Position numbers and translations under genes: made by a program | The notes under the pieces: generated by a model | Databases searched by the model: none | What the model saw: only the letters and a program-made list of their open reading frames with translations | What the model was told of the DNA's origin: nothing | Part shown: piece by piece, positions 46,309 through 57,532 of the stretch | How the letters are laid out: each line of letters begins with the position of its first letter | Position numbering within the stretch: position 1 is the first letter of the stretch | From: Macrostomum hystrix | Taxonomy: Eukaryota > Animalia > Platyhelminthes | Assembly (NCBI GenBank): GCA_950097015.1 | Contig: CATNEN010000026.1 | Coordinates: 1,550,001-1,614,000 of the forward strand | Direction: 5' to 3' | Length of the DNA: 64,000 bases

Positions 46309-48976
46309 GGGTTCCACGCCGCACTGCTTGGCCAGGGCTGCCAGATGAGCCAGCTGGTTGACGTGGTAGGCCACCCCGCCGCGCCTTCGGCACTCAGCTT
46401 CCCGCGCCCGCTCCGGATCGCCCGGGAACAGCACAGGCGACTCCGGATCCGCCGGTTCCAGGCCGCGAAAAGTATCCGCGCACTCGGACAGCCGACCGGC
46501 AAAATTGGGCGCAAAAGCGGCCGGATCGACGGCTACAAAGCACTGGCCGAGACGTGCCGGAGCCGTTTCCGACTTCCAGGCCCGCACCGCCGGCCCGACG
46601 GGAGTTCCGGCCAGCACGCTGCACAGAATCTCCACCATCAGCGCCAGACCATAGCCCTTGTAGCCGCTGGTGGCCTCCAGACCGCCCAGTGGCAGCACTC
46701 CTCCGTGCAGGCCGGCCTCCGAGTCCACAGTCTCGCGACCTTCGGCATCCACAGCCCAGCCGGGTGGTAGCGGCTGCCCCGTGCGGTGTTTTATCTCCAC
46801 CTGAAATTGCAAGATTGAGAATCCTCACACACCTATCCTTCCTTTGTTTCTGAATACTTTCGTTTCGTCTCTTCTCCTCCCCTCCTCTCTTCCCCCCTTT
46901 CTCTCTTCCCCCTTCACTCTTCCTCTCCCCTTCACTCTTCCCCTCCCCTTCACTCTTCCTCTCCCCTTCACTCTTCCCTCCCATTCACTCTTCCTCTCCC
47001 CTTCACTCTTCCCCTCCCCTTCACTCTTCCTCTCCCCTTCACTCTTCCCTCCCATTCACTCTTCCTCTCCCCTTCACTCTTCCCCTCCCCTTCACTCTTC
47101 CTCTCCCCTTCACTCTTCCCCTCCCCTTCTCTCTTCCCCTTTCCTTCTCTCTTCCCCTTTCCTTCTCTCTTCCCCTTTCCTTCACTCTTCCCCTCCCATT
47201 CACTCTTCCTCTCCCCTTCTCACTTCCCCTCCCCTTCACTCTTCCTCTCCCCTTCTCTCTTCCCCTCCCCTTCACTCTTCCCCTCCCCTTCTCACTTCCC
47301 CTCCCATTCACTCTTTTCCTCCCCTTTTCCCACCTTGCCATAGGCCACAGCGGACGTGGCCATGTCAAGCAGGAAGGGCTCGCCCGTCTTGTCAGTGGGC
47401 GCGGCCAAGCAGATTGGATTCGTGCCCAGGGCGGGCTGCTTAGCCCTGGTCGGTACGAGAATCGGCGAGGCGTTGGTGAAGGCCATGCCGATCATGCCCG
47501 CCTCAGCAGCTCTCAAGCTGTAGTGCCCGGCTATGCCGAAGTGGGTGGAGTTGGCGGCCACCACCCAGCCCACGCCGCAAGTGCGGGCCTTGGCTACGGC
47601 CAGGTCCATGCAGAACTCGCCGACCACCACGCCTAGCAGGTGCCCGCCGTCCACGTGGGCCGTGGCTGACGAGGAATAGGCGAGTAGAGTAGGGATTTTA
47701 GGGAATAAGAGAGTAGAGCAGGGATTTCAGGGAATAAGAGAGTAGAGTAGGGATTTCAGGGAATAAGAGAGTAGAGTAGGGATTTCAGGGAATAAGAGAG
47801 TAGAGTAGGGATTTCAGGGAATAAGAGAGTAGAGCAGGGATTTCAGGGAATAAGAGAGTAGGGATTTCAGGGAATAAGAGAGTAGAGCAGGGATTTCAGG
47901 GAATAAGAGAGTAGAGTAGGGATTTCAGGGAATAAGAGAGTAGAGTAGGGATTTCAGGGAATAGGAGAGTAGGGATTTCAGGGAATAAGAGAGTAGAGCA
48001 GGGATTTCAGGGAATAAGAGAGTAGAGTAGGGATTTCAGGGAATAAGAGAGTAGAGTAGGGATTTCAGGGAATAGGAGAGTAGGGATTTCAGGGAATAAG
48101 AGAGTAGAGTGGGATTTTAGGGAATAAGAGAGTAGAGTAGGGATTTCAGGGAATAAGAGAGTAGAGTAGGGATTTCAGGGAATAAGAGAGTAGAGTAGGG
48201 ATTTCAGGGAATAAGAGAGTAGAGCAGGGATTTCAGGGAATAAGAGAGTAGAGTAGGGATTTCAGGGAATAAGAGAGTAGAGTGGGATTTTAGGGAATAA
48301 GAGAGTAGAGTAGGGATTTCAGGGAATAAGAGAGTAGAGCAGGGATTTCAGGGAATAAGAGAGTAGAGTAGGGATTTCAGGGAATAAGAGAGTAGAGTAG
48401 GGATTTCAGGGAATAAGAGAGTAGAGTAGGGATTCAGGGAATAAGAGAGTAGAGTAGGGATTTCAGGGAATAGGAGAGTAGGGATTTCAGGGAATAAGAG
48501 AGTAGAGTGGGATTTTAGGGAATAAGAGAGTAGAGTGGGGATTTCAGGGAATAGGAGAGTAGAGCAGGGACTTTGGGAAATAGGAGAGTAGGGATTTTAG
48601 GGGAGAGCAGAGTATTTAGGGGATAATAAGTTAGGGATTTTTACAATAAATTAGCAGATTTACAAAAAAGTGGACTTGGATGCCACAAATAACTGTCATG
48701 GGACAGCAGAAATCCCCAGACATGCTTACCCGCAGTCTCCTTTATGACAGTTGGCTGGCCGGAGCCGCGAGTGACCCCGACGCGGACGTCGCGAACGTAA
48801 ACATCCAGCCTGTTGGTGCCGTGGCTGTAATGTCCGCGCCTGTCCGCTGCCAGCAGAATCTCGGCCAGTCTGTCCGCGTGCTTCTCGTCCGCTCCTGCCC
48901 AGCGCATGCATTCGACAACCAGACGGCTGACCTCCGAATCCGGCACCAGCTTCTCCACCGCAGCCGCTGTAGCCAT
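46279..48976 (-). CDS. Malate/L-lactate dehydrogenase-like oxidoreductase (Ldh_2 family, Pfam PF02615)
   Basis: complement(join(48730..48976, 47334..47665, 46279..46800)), ~366 aa, phases 1/0. Family motifs: ADRRGHYSHG, VDGGHLLG, NSTHFGIAGHY, LGTNPI, DMATSAVAYGK, LPLGG..GYKGYGLALMVEIL, VLFPGDPE. Confidence 0.93.
46860..47330. repeat. ~18-bp pyrimidine/purine-asymmetric repeat filling dehydrogenase intron 2
   Basis: (cccttcactcttcc(c/t)ctc)n, beginning directly at the donor. Confidence 0.92.
47690..48640. repeat. 29-bp minisatellite in dehydrogenase intron 1
   Basis: Unit agggaataagagagtagagtagggatttc, with a 24-bp deletion variant. Confidence 0.95.
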
Positions 48977-49399
48977 TATTTTCTAGCTAAATCTTCGTCT
49001 ATTGATTCCTGAATAGAAATAATGCTCGTATATTCGAATCGACCTACTGAAAGTAGAAATGTACGATTTTTATTAATAAATAACCAGAAACAGAATGTCA
49101 TTTTACCCTGCAAAGAATTCGAACCCCTTGAAAACCCGGAACCTCAAGAACATGTAGGCTAATTTGCCTTATCGGCCTTCGGGTGGAAAGCAATTTGCTT
49201 TTTGGGCAATTTATCTGCTTGCAGAACGTAAATCTTTGCCTCCTGGGTTTTAATGTAACTTACCACCTAACCACCATCTATAATACAATGCTTACAATCT
49301 GGATTGTAAGCTAATATACCTTCCTTGCGAGAAGGTAATTTACGTTCTGCGGTAAGGCAATTTACGTTCTCTGTGGTAAGGCTTAGTATGCCTCATGGG

Positions 49400-49895
49400 A
49401 GAAGGTAATTTACCCTAATGGTGAGAACGCCATTTACCTTATGGGCGGGAAGGTAATCTACCTGATTGGCAGGAAGGTAGTCTACCTGATTGGCGGGAAG
49501 GTAATCTACCTGATTGGCGGGAAGGTAATTTACCTTATCGGCAGGAAGGTAATCTACCTGATTGGCGTGTAGGTAATCTACCTGATTGGCGGGAAGGTAA
49601 TCTACCTGGTTGGCGGGAAGGTAATCTACCTGGTTGGCGGGAAGGTAATCTACCTGATTGGCGTGTAGGTAATCTACCTGATTGGCGGGAAGGTAATCTA
49701 CCAGATTGGCAGGAAGGTAATCTACCTGGTTGGCGGGAAGGTAATCTACCTGGTTGGCGGGAAGGTAATCTACCTGATTGGCAGGAAGGTAATCTACCTG
49801 ATTGGCGGGAAGGTAATCTACCTGATTGGCGGGATGGTAATCTACCTGATTGGCGGGAAGGTAATCTTCCTGATTGGCGGGAAGGTAATTTACCG
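49400..49895. repeat. 24-bp minisatellite (~20 copies)
   Basis: Unit gattggcgggaaggtaatctacct. Confidence 0.94.
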
Positions 49896-50729
49896 TATGG
49901 TTGGGAAGTTTTGTGATTAGTGGTTTGTGCAATAAGGTAAATAACCACATGATAGCGTAATAGTAATCTGCCTTCTGAGGTTAATATTCACAATTCAGTC
50001 AACTGGTAATTCATGCTTGTCTATTCTAGCAATTAATAATTTCCTACCGATGCATATTCGTAGAACTACAATAGCTAATTTTATGAATTTACTGTGTTTT
50101 TAGATGATTTGAAGAATAAAATCACATTACCCAAATTCTGTAGACTTAGTAGACTTTGATTGATCTTAGCTTGATTGATAAAGTTTTCTGGAAAGACACG
50201 GTTGACGGTACTATAGACCCTTGTCTATATATATCAGTAGCTGTTATCAGTGTTTGTTTCGCAATACATTTCAGGCAGACAATCTATAATACAATGCACT
50301 TAGATAATAAAGTGACCCGCGAATGGTACTAACGACTCAAGCAAAACATGCCTAAATCGCTCCTAAGAAAATAATATGTACAATTAAGCCTAGCACTATA
50401 GAAGCAACACTGTAAGTCGCGATCACAGCTGCAAATCGAACAACTGATCAATCTGATGACATTAAAATATATTTTCGCTGCTATGCTAACCCAAAAATAT
50501 AAGCCAAACAGGTTAAGTGCATTGACTCTTTGGAAAAAACAGAAAACGTTACTTAAAAATACACTTCAAATGAATTTATAGAACTATCAAATGCACAATG
50601 CATTATCTGCTTGCAAACAGAGTTAATGAATATTTTTTATAAGAAATATTTCCACACTTTTTTTTCAAAGCTCTCCTCAATATCTCCTTGCAGTAGAGCT
50701 TCGATCCCTTAAATCCTATTCGAATCTCA

Positions 50730-51165
50730 TCTTACTCAAATACCATCTCAAACTGCTCAAATACCATCTCATACTGCTCAAATACCATCTCATCCTACTC
50801 GAATCCCATCTCATCCTACTCGAATCCCATCTCATCCTACTCGAATCCCATCTCATCCTACTCGAATCCCATCTCATTCTACTCGAATCCCATCTCATCC
50901 TACTCGAATCCCATCTCATCCTACTCGAATCCCACCTCACCCTGCTCGAATCCCACCTCACCCTGCTCGAATCCCACCTCACCCTGCTCGAATCCCATCT
51001 CATTCTACTCAAATCCCATCTCATTCTACTCGAATCCCACCTCACCCTACTCGAATCCCATCTCATCCTACTCGAATCCCACCTCACCCTACTCGAATCC
51101 CATCTCATCCTACTCGAATCCCACCTCACCCTACTCGAATCGCATCTTATCCTACTCAGATCTCA
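50730..51165. repeat. 21-bp minisatellite 3' of EEF1AKMT2
   Basis: Unit catctcatcctactcgaatcc. Confidence 0.94.
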
Positions 51166-51224
51166 TATTATCCTAGTTAAATTCCATCTCGCACTACTGC
51201 TAAAACTACTGCATGCAGCAGCAG

Positions 51225-52403
51225 TTAGTCCTGGCGCAGCCTAGACATGACCACAGTGGTGACATCAGCTCCAACTACCCCGCCAAATTGAAACGCCCTG
51301 CCCGGCAGTGTCTCGACCCGTTGAAATCTGTCGGAAAATTGTTTGACTAATTCCGCTTCAGTCCAATTGCAGGAGGCGATCACTAGGCGGCCGTTTTTGC
51401 CGTTGACAGAGTCAAGAATTTCCGCTGCAAATCTGCGATATGCGGCCCGCTTAGCCTGGGAGTCGTCAGGGCACAGGCTGATTGCGTCATAAGTGCCCTT
51501 GTCCAGCAGCAGCAGGTCGAGCAGGCCTTCGCAATCCGATTCGTCAGCTGCTAGGCTGGCGAGTACAGCCGCAGAGGCGTCGGGTTCGGTGACGTCAACG
51601 AGCTGACTGACAACTAAATTCGATAGGCCCGCCTGGCGAAGGTGAAAAAAATAAAAAATGGTTGCTGACATTACTACTAATAACAAAGAGCAATAGTAGT
51701 ATAAAAACGCTCAAACTTAGGTAGGTGCGGTGTCCATCCAATCCATAAACTGAACAGCTGTACAGAACCTTTTGATGCCCAGACTATATCTCGCACAAGT
51801 GGATTGGGTGAAATTTCTATAGATTAAAATGTAACAACGCTATTAAAATCTGATTGGCTGAAGAGATAGGTAGAATTTAAGTGACTAACTTAGCTCAGCC
51901 AATCAAATTTCAGCAACACACAGATCGACACAGTATCGGCAGATTTTAGAAGAATTTGATCGCTGACCACGAAAAAAATATTTTTGCCGCACCTTCTCAG
52001 CCAGCCGCCGTGTCAGCTCCACAGCCGGAGCACTGTAGTCCAGACACAGCAGGCGGCGAAGGCCAAGTCGGGGGGCGTCAGCAGCCAGTCGCAGTGCCAG
52101 ATGCCCGTTGCCGCAGCCGATGTCAATGACGGCCAAGCCAACTGGCTTTGTCTGCTCTTGCTGACTTGCTTTTTTAAGCTCAACAACTCGACGCTCAACA
52201 TAGGCTACGAGACGATTTTCAGCCGAGGCGCCAAACCAAATCTCACCGCGCTCATCGGCATCATCAGCTTCATCAATTGGGCACTGTTCTAGGAGACTGG
52301 CCAACTCTTGGCCATAGAATTTCTCCCAGTAGTCTCGCTGGCCCAGCCTCGATGGCTCAGGCTCAACAGCTGCCTCTGGGTCAGAAGCTGATGCAGATTC
52401 AGA
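51225..52403 (-). CDS. EEF1AKMT2: eEF1A lysine methyltransferase 2 (METTL10/Efm4), lacking a genomic ATG at its first visible exon
   Basis: complement(join(51993..52403, 51225..51632)), phase 0. Motifs: PSRLGQRDYWEKFYGQEL, GEIWFG, motif I VIDIGCGNG, LDYSAPAV, DKGTYDAISL, SCNWTEAEL, FQFGGVVG; these match the METTL10 pattern (PSALGTREHW..GEIWFG..DIGTGNG..DKGTFDAISL..SCNWT). Confidence 0.93.
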
Positions 52404-53819
52404 CTGAAAATTGTTTTAAAGAAGCAAATACTAATAAAAAAGAAAGCCAATTGATAAGAGTTTAATCAGATAAAACTTCTGTAGGCACTTGACTGTAGAA
52501 AATGCAGCACAACCACATGGCAAATTACTTAAATGTTCTGTCAAACTTTTAAACTGCCCTCCTATAGAACTTTTTAGTGCTAAGTATTAAAATTCTCAAA
52601 GTTTTTATAAAAAGAAAAATATGCCACCTGAAAGAAGGGCTAGCTAAAGAGTGCTAGCAATTGCAAATTAACCCAGTTCTTTATAATTAAAATACAATAC
52701 TAAAAAAGTAAGGCTAATAAAGGAAATAGAATCTTACCAATTGCATAAAACTTTTATTAAAAAATAATTATTAACAATTACAACACATTAAAAAACTTCA
52801 TGTTGTCTGCCAGGTAATATTTTTTAAACTGTAGTTATGTCATTTATTATAGGTTGTGGATCAATGACCAATAGTAGTTGGACAAAGGCTATTACAATGA
52901 TAAACTAAAGCAAAAGCTACTAAACCAACAACTTAGTGGATTATTTATTATAGAAAAAATAAATTGCTTTAATTAACTTTAAATAGCGGCTAGCAACATT
53001 AGACTACTCACAAATGGGAACAAAAAAATAATGTTCAATTAGGTATAAATTGAAAAACTAAATCAACAATAATAAAAAGCAACAAGGTCAACCATTCAAT
53101 ATTCTAATCATAAAGAAGATTTAAACATGTTGTCTTTTTAGATGTTTTTAGGTGGGGCAGCAATGCATACATAGCATAAGCATAGTAAAGCTAAAAATAG
53201 AAATGAATGTCTTGCTTTACAGTGCCAGAATGCTAGCTACTAGGGTAGCCTATAATATAGCTAGGGCCTATAACTAGACTGAAAATGATGTAGGCCTTAT
53301 ATTTAACTTAAACAACATTATAGAATGTTTATATTAAGTAACCATACACCTTTACTTAACACAAGTGACTTGCAAGTTAGACATGGCTTGGCTAAAAGGT
53401 GTTGCCATGTTACCTACATTTGCTTTGATCTTCACACAGTTTTCTGATTTTCCTGGTATAATCAGTAATCTTGACAATCCAAAAAATAAATAGGCCTACA
53501 TAATATTACATGTGATTGTGATCTTGACTAGGCCTAATATGTATATATTAACAAAAAATTATATAAAACACATGAACAATATATATTTAATATTTTATAC
53601 AATATAAAACATATAGGCCTATATTATATTTATATTTATATAGGCCTACATTTAGGCCTATATATAAATTAATAATAGATGAATAATTGAGAATTGTGTG
53701 ACTATGAATAATTAGAATCACAATGTTTAATTAAAGAATTTAAAGAAGATTAAAGAATGCTAGGCCTATGCATATTAAAATACATATAAAATTAATAGTC
53801 ATTTCACAATACATGAACT

Positions 53820-54290
53820 GCCACCAATCCAAAGTTGCAGCCTTGATCCCTTCCTTCCTGCTCTGGAAAGAGCCCTCCTAAACCAAACTAGGAAGGACAT
53901 CCAGGCCCTCACCATGACCTTCACAGGCCATGGCTGCTACACTAGGCACTGCTTCCTCCAGGGAGAGCTCTGGAACAAAACGTGTCTTTTCTTTAACCTC
54001 GAAAACGAAGATGCCCTGGGGCCTGAACTGTGTTTGCCGATGCCTTCTATTTAATAGGGAGAGGCTAAACCACCTTTGCAGTCACCTTTGCGTAGACTAC
54101 ATTTGCAGATCCGAGAACATCCCAAGGCTCGTCCGGTACCTCAGGGCTACCAGACGGGCCTCTTTTTTCACGCAATAGGAAGGACCGACGGACCTCCCTG
54201 ACTGGCCCCTCGGCCCTCGCCCTGTGCAAAAGCGGGTCACTCAGGGACCATCGCAACGGGCGACGCTGCGTCTTTGGACCGCCCTGCGGA
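53820..54290 (+). mobile_element. Decayed 3' end of a non-LTR retrotransposon (R1/Loa/Tad/I-type ORF2 C-terminus)
   Basis: A frame from ~53875 reads LLNQTRKDIQALTMTFTGHGCYTRHCFLQG....TCLFFNLENED, resembling the LxxLxRxxxxxLxxxxTGHxxxxxH..CxxC zinc-knuckle region of these elements. Confidence 0.55.
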
Positions 54291-55930
54291 TAAGTGAAAT
54301 AAGTTAAATTATCACAATGGACATACTTTTTATGAAGACGTACTAACATAAATTTATACATAACCTATTAATAGTTACTAGCCTTTTGCTTGCTATCTAT
54401 GTAATTGAACAATTATTTCCAAGAAAATACGATGCACGCTACTTTGTTTTTAAACGTTACTGTAAAACTAAATTTGTGAACAGTCTTTTACTTCGCTGGG
54501 AATTAAAATACAGGAGTATTTGCCTTCTACAGATACAAGAGAGTTTTTTCTCGCAGTCTATATACTCTTTGTAGAATAAGCTATACGTAGGTCGCATCTA
54601 TTGTGCGAATCAAAAGCCACTCAAAAGCACACTATTCTTAGAAAATATGTAGTTGTAATGACTGCTAAGATTTAATTTAAATTGTTCAGTTGCGACGCAG
54701 TTTTTACTGTTTAATGTTAATGCAGATACTGTTTATCATGTTTATGCGGAGCTGCATATAATTTTAAAAATTTTACGACTGCACATTTTTCCATCTGAAT
54801 ATAATTAAAATATTAAATTTCACAAGCCCTGGTGATGTACATAGACCATATTGTATAAGGCCCCTATATAGTGGAATGCATTGGGCCTCCTCCCTATCAA
54901 ATGCATTATAGCAATCTTACACTTACTTCGTCTCTTGGTCACTTTGTCATCTACATTGGCTGTCATTTAATGAGATAACAAAAGGTCCAAAAAACTTAAA
55001 AAACACTTCATCATCTGGATGACAAAGTTGTAAGATGACAAAGTGTCCAGATACCACATTTATACCACCAAGCACTCAAAGTCCAACAGGCTGCAATCCA
55101 CACAATCACACCCCAACTCCAAATCCAAACTTTTAAGACTCTATTCACTTGGCATATGTATTCATATTTTGGTGTTTAGGTAAAACATCAAAATATTATT
55201 TATTTCAGATTTAGGAAATTCCTGGATTTGTTGCATCTCTATAAATCACATTAGTTAGGCTATTTACAGATAGATAAGGGATGGTAGCTATAGGAAGCTA
55301 CTGGAGGTTACTATTATTTATGGGAAGTTAATTTAGTTGCCACAATGTATAGAGATATTTCATAACTTTGGTTGTGGCAGAATTCTACTAAGAAAAATAT
55401 TTCTTTGCCAATGCATATGCTAATATGCATGGCATAATCCTAGTTACCAAGTCATAACCAAAAGGTAGACACTAAAGACACACAGTAGCAATTGTTATCC
55501 TGACATTTTACTATGTAAACAGCTCCAAAATATTAGCTGCCTACCATAGCTAATGCAAACAGAAGTATATAATTTTATAACTGCTTATTTTAACTAATCT
55601 AGCTATATCTACATTTCTTGATGTAATTTGATGGCTATTTGGAATTATGGTATTTTTCCCCAATTCATGAGTTCTTATCCCTGATTTATCACATTTCTTA
55701 CCCCTTGGATCATACAGTCAGTGGCAGTGGTTAACATGCTTGCCTCCTGCACCAAGGTCCCTGAGCTTGATTCAGTGGCAAGGCCACATTCATTGGGGGC
55801 GCAGCTGTGGAGAGAAGGAGAGAAGGCTTGGGGGCTTTTCGTGCTAATTATGCTCTTTGGGGCCAACCTCCCAAGGCACAGTGAAAGTGTACACCACCTG
55901 ACAATGAGAAAGTCAGGTCAGATGTACACC

Positions 55931-55931
<1 letters not shown>

Positions 55932-55961
<30 letters not shown>
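55932..55961. repeat. (GT)n microsatellite
   Basis: Directly visible GT run. Confidence 0.9.
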
Positions 55962-55962
<1 letters not shown>

Positions 55963-56123
55963 CATGTGTGCTCAGAAGTCAGTGAAATGATTAGAATTGC
56001 CTCGCTGTCTGCTGAGTCTAGTGTCACCAAATGATATGCCATCACATTATTATTACCCCTAGGATCCAGCAGTTGACCCACTAGCCCATCATTTTCTTGT
56101 ATTCCGCTGTTGCCGCATTGCAG

Positions 56124-57475
56124 GGTGAGCCGCTGGCCTCAGTCCGTGAGCAGGTGACCAGCAGCCTGCACCACATCTACACCCGGGACCAGCCGGGCCA
56201 GCAGCTGACGCCTCAGCAATCCGAGGAGCTCGACCGGCTGGCCGATGCCAAGGTGTTCTGTTCTCGTTCCCCGCTAGCCGAGTTGGTCGCCCTGGATTGC
56301 ATCTGCGCCTGCCTGGCCGCCTGCCCAGAGCCCAAGCGGCTGTTTGACCGGCTGTTTCATTCGGCCGGCTCTGGCTGGCCGCCTCAGCGGGAGAGGCGAC
56401 GCGCCACCCAACTCAGCCGCCTGCTGTCGCTTTGCTTGTGCACCGGCACCGCCGGCCCGGTGCTGGAATGCGCCGCTTCCTGGCTGCGCCGACACGAGGG
56501 CCGGCCGGCCGTCCGGCTGGTTGCTCGTGCACTGGCCGATGACGCAGCCGCTATGCCGCCTGAACAGGTCCGGCGACTCGGACAGCTCGCCAGGTGAGGA
56601 TCAGGTTGGGTCGTGGCTGTCATCCCAGATCCTCAGGTTCGATTCCCAGTCTGTCATCTCATATCCTCAGGTTCGATTCTCAGTCTGTCATCCCAGATCC
56701 TCAGTTTCGATCCGCTCCCCAGTCGGTCATCAAAGGTCCCATTTTTTAGCTTAGTAATCATTAAACCATTCAATTTCTTTTCTCGTCCTACTTATAGGCA
56801 TTCTATTCTTTGTTAAACAGAACTTCGCCCCACGCTGCTGAAGCTCTTCTGTTAGCATTTGGCGACACTTACGGCTGGGAGACTCAAAATGGCCAACAGC
56901 AGCAGCAGATGTTGGAACCTCCGCCGCTAGCCGTATTGCAGCTGGCCTGCGATTGGTTGCAAACCTGCGGCAGTGGCGGCAACAGCGGCGGCGGTAAGCA
57001 GCAACAGCAGCAGCAGCTCATTACTCTACTGCGCGGTGCCGGAGCACAGCGACACGCTGAGCACTCTGCCCTCTACTGCCTGCTGAGATGGCTGGCGGCC
57101 TCGCCGTTGCCCACCATGCCACCGTTGGGCTCCGCTGATACGACAGTTGCTCGCCTACTTGACGATCTGTTTGCCGCTCTAGTCGACGCCTGCGTCCGCT
57201 GTCCGGCCGATGCTTCTTCGTCGTCGAATGCCGCTTCGTCGGCGCCTTTGCGTTCAGCTGAAGCGGCTGAACTGTTAACAATGGCTGCCTCATCTCCCTG
57301 CCCGGAGTCGGCGCTGACACGGCTGGCTCATCTCCTGCCGCTGGTTCTGGCAGCCGGCTTGCTGGCCGGCCGGCCGGCTCAGCTGGGCCGCCTTCTGGCC
57401 GGACACGCCGACGCCTGTCCGTTTGCCGGGGTGGCCGGCCGCGCCCTGATGGCTTCGGCTTCCGCTTCATCGTGA
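56124..57475 (+). CDS. INTS15: Integrator complex subunit 15 (C7orf26 homolog), lacking a genomic ATG at its first visible exon
   Basis: join(56124..56593, 56821..57475), phase 2, GT-AG. PVLECAASWL..VRLVARALADD matches human C7orf26 PVLECAASWLQR..VRLAKALVDD. Further similarity in ELVALDCIC, LLRWLAASPL and ALTRLAHLLPLVLAAGLL. Confidence 0.85.
56595..56720. repeat. Short degenerate ~34-bp repeat in the INTS15 intron
   Basis: Repeats of gtcatcccagatcctcagg(t)ttcgatt; the reverse complement carries the GAGGATCTGGGA core. Confidence 0.7.
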
Positions 57476-57532
57476 TAGGGATCGTGTCAGGAGAATTGAG
57501 ATCTAGGGTCCGCTCATGAGTTCTCCTGTCGG

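Noticed and set aside
49393-51129. PANQVDYL and RMRWDSS repeat ORFs
   Set aside because: 24-bp and 21-bp minisatellites; no supporting gene structure.
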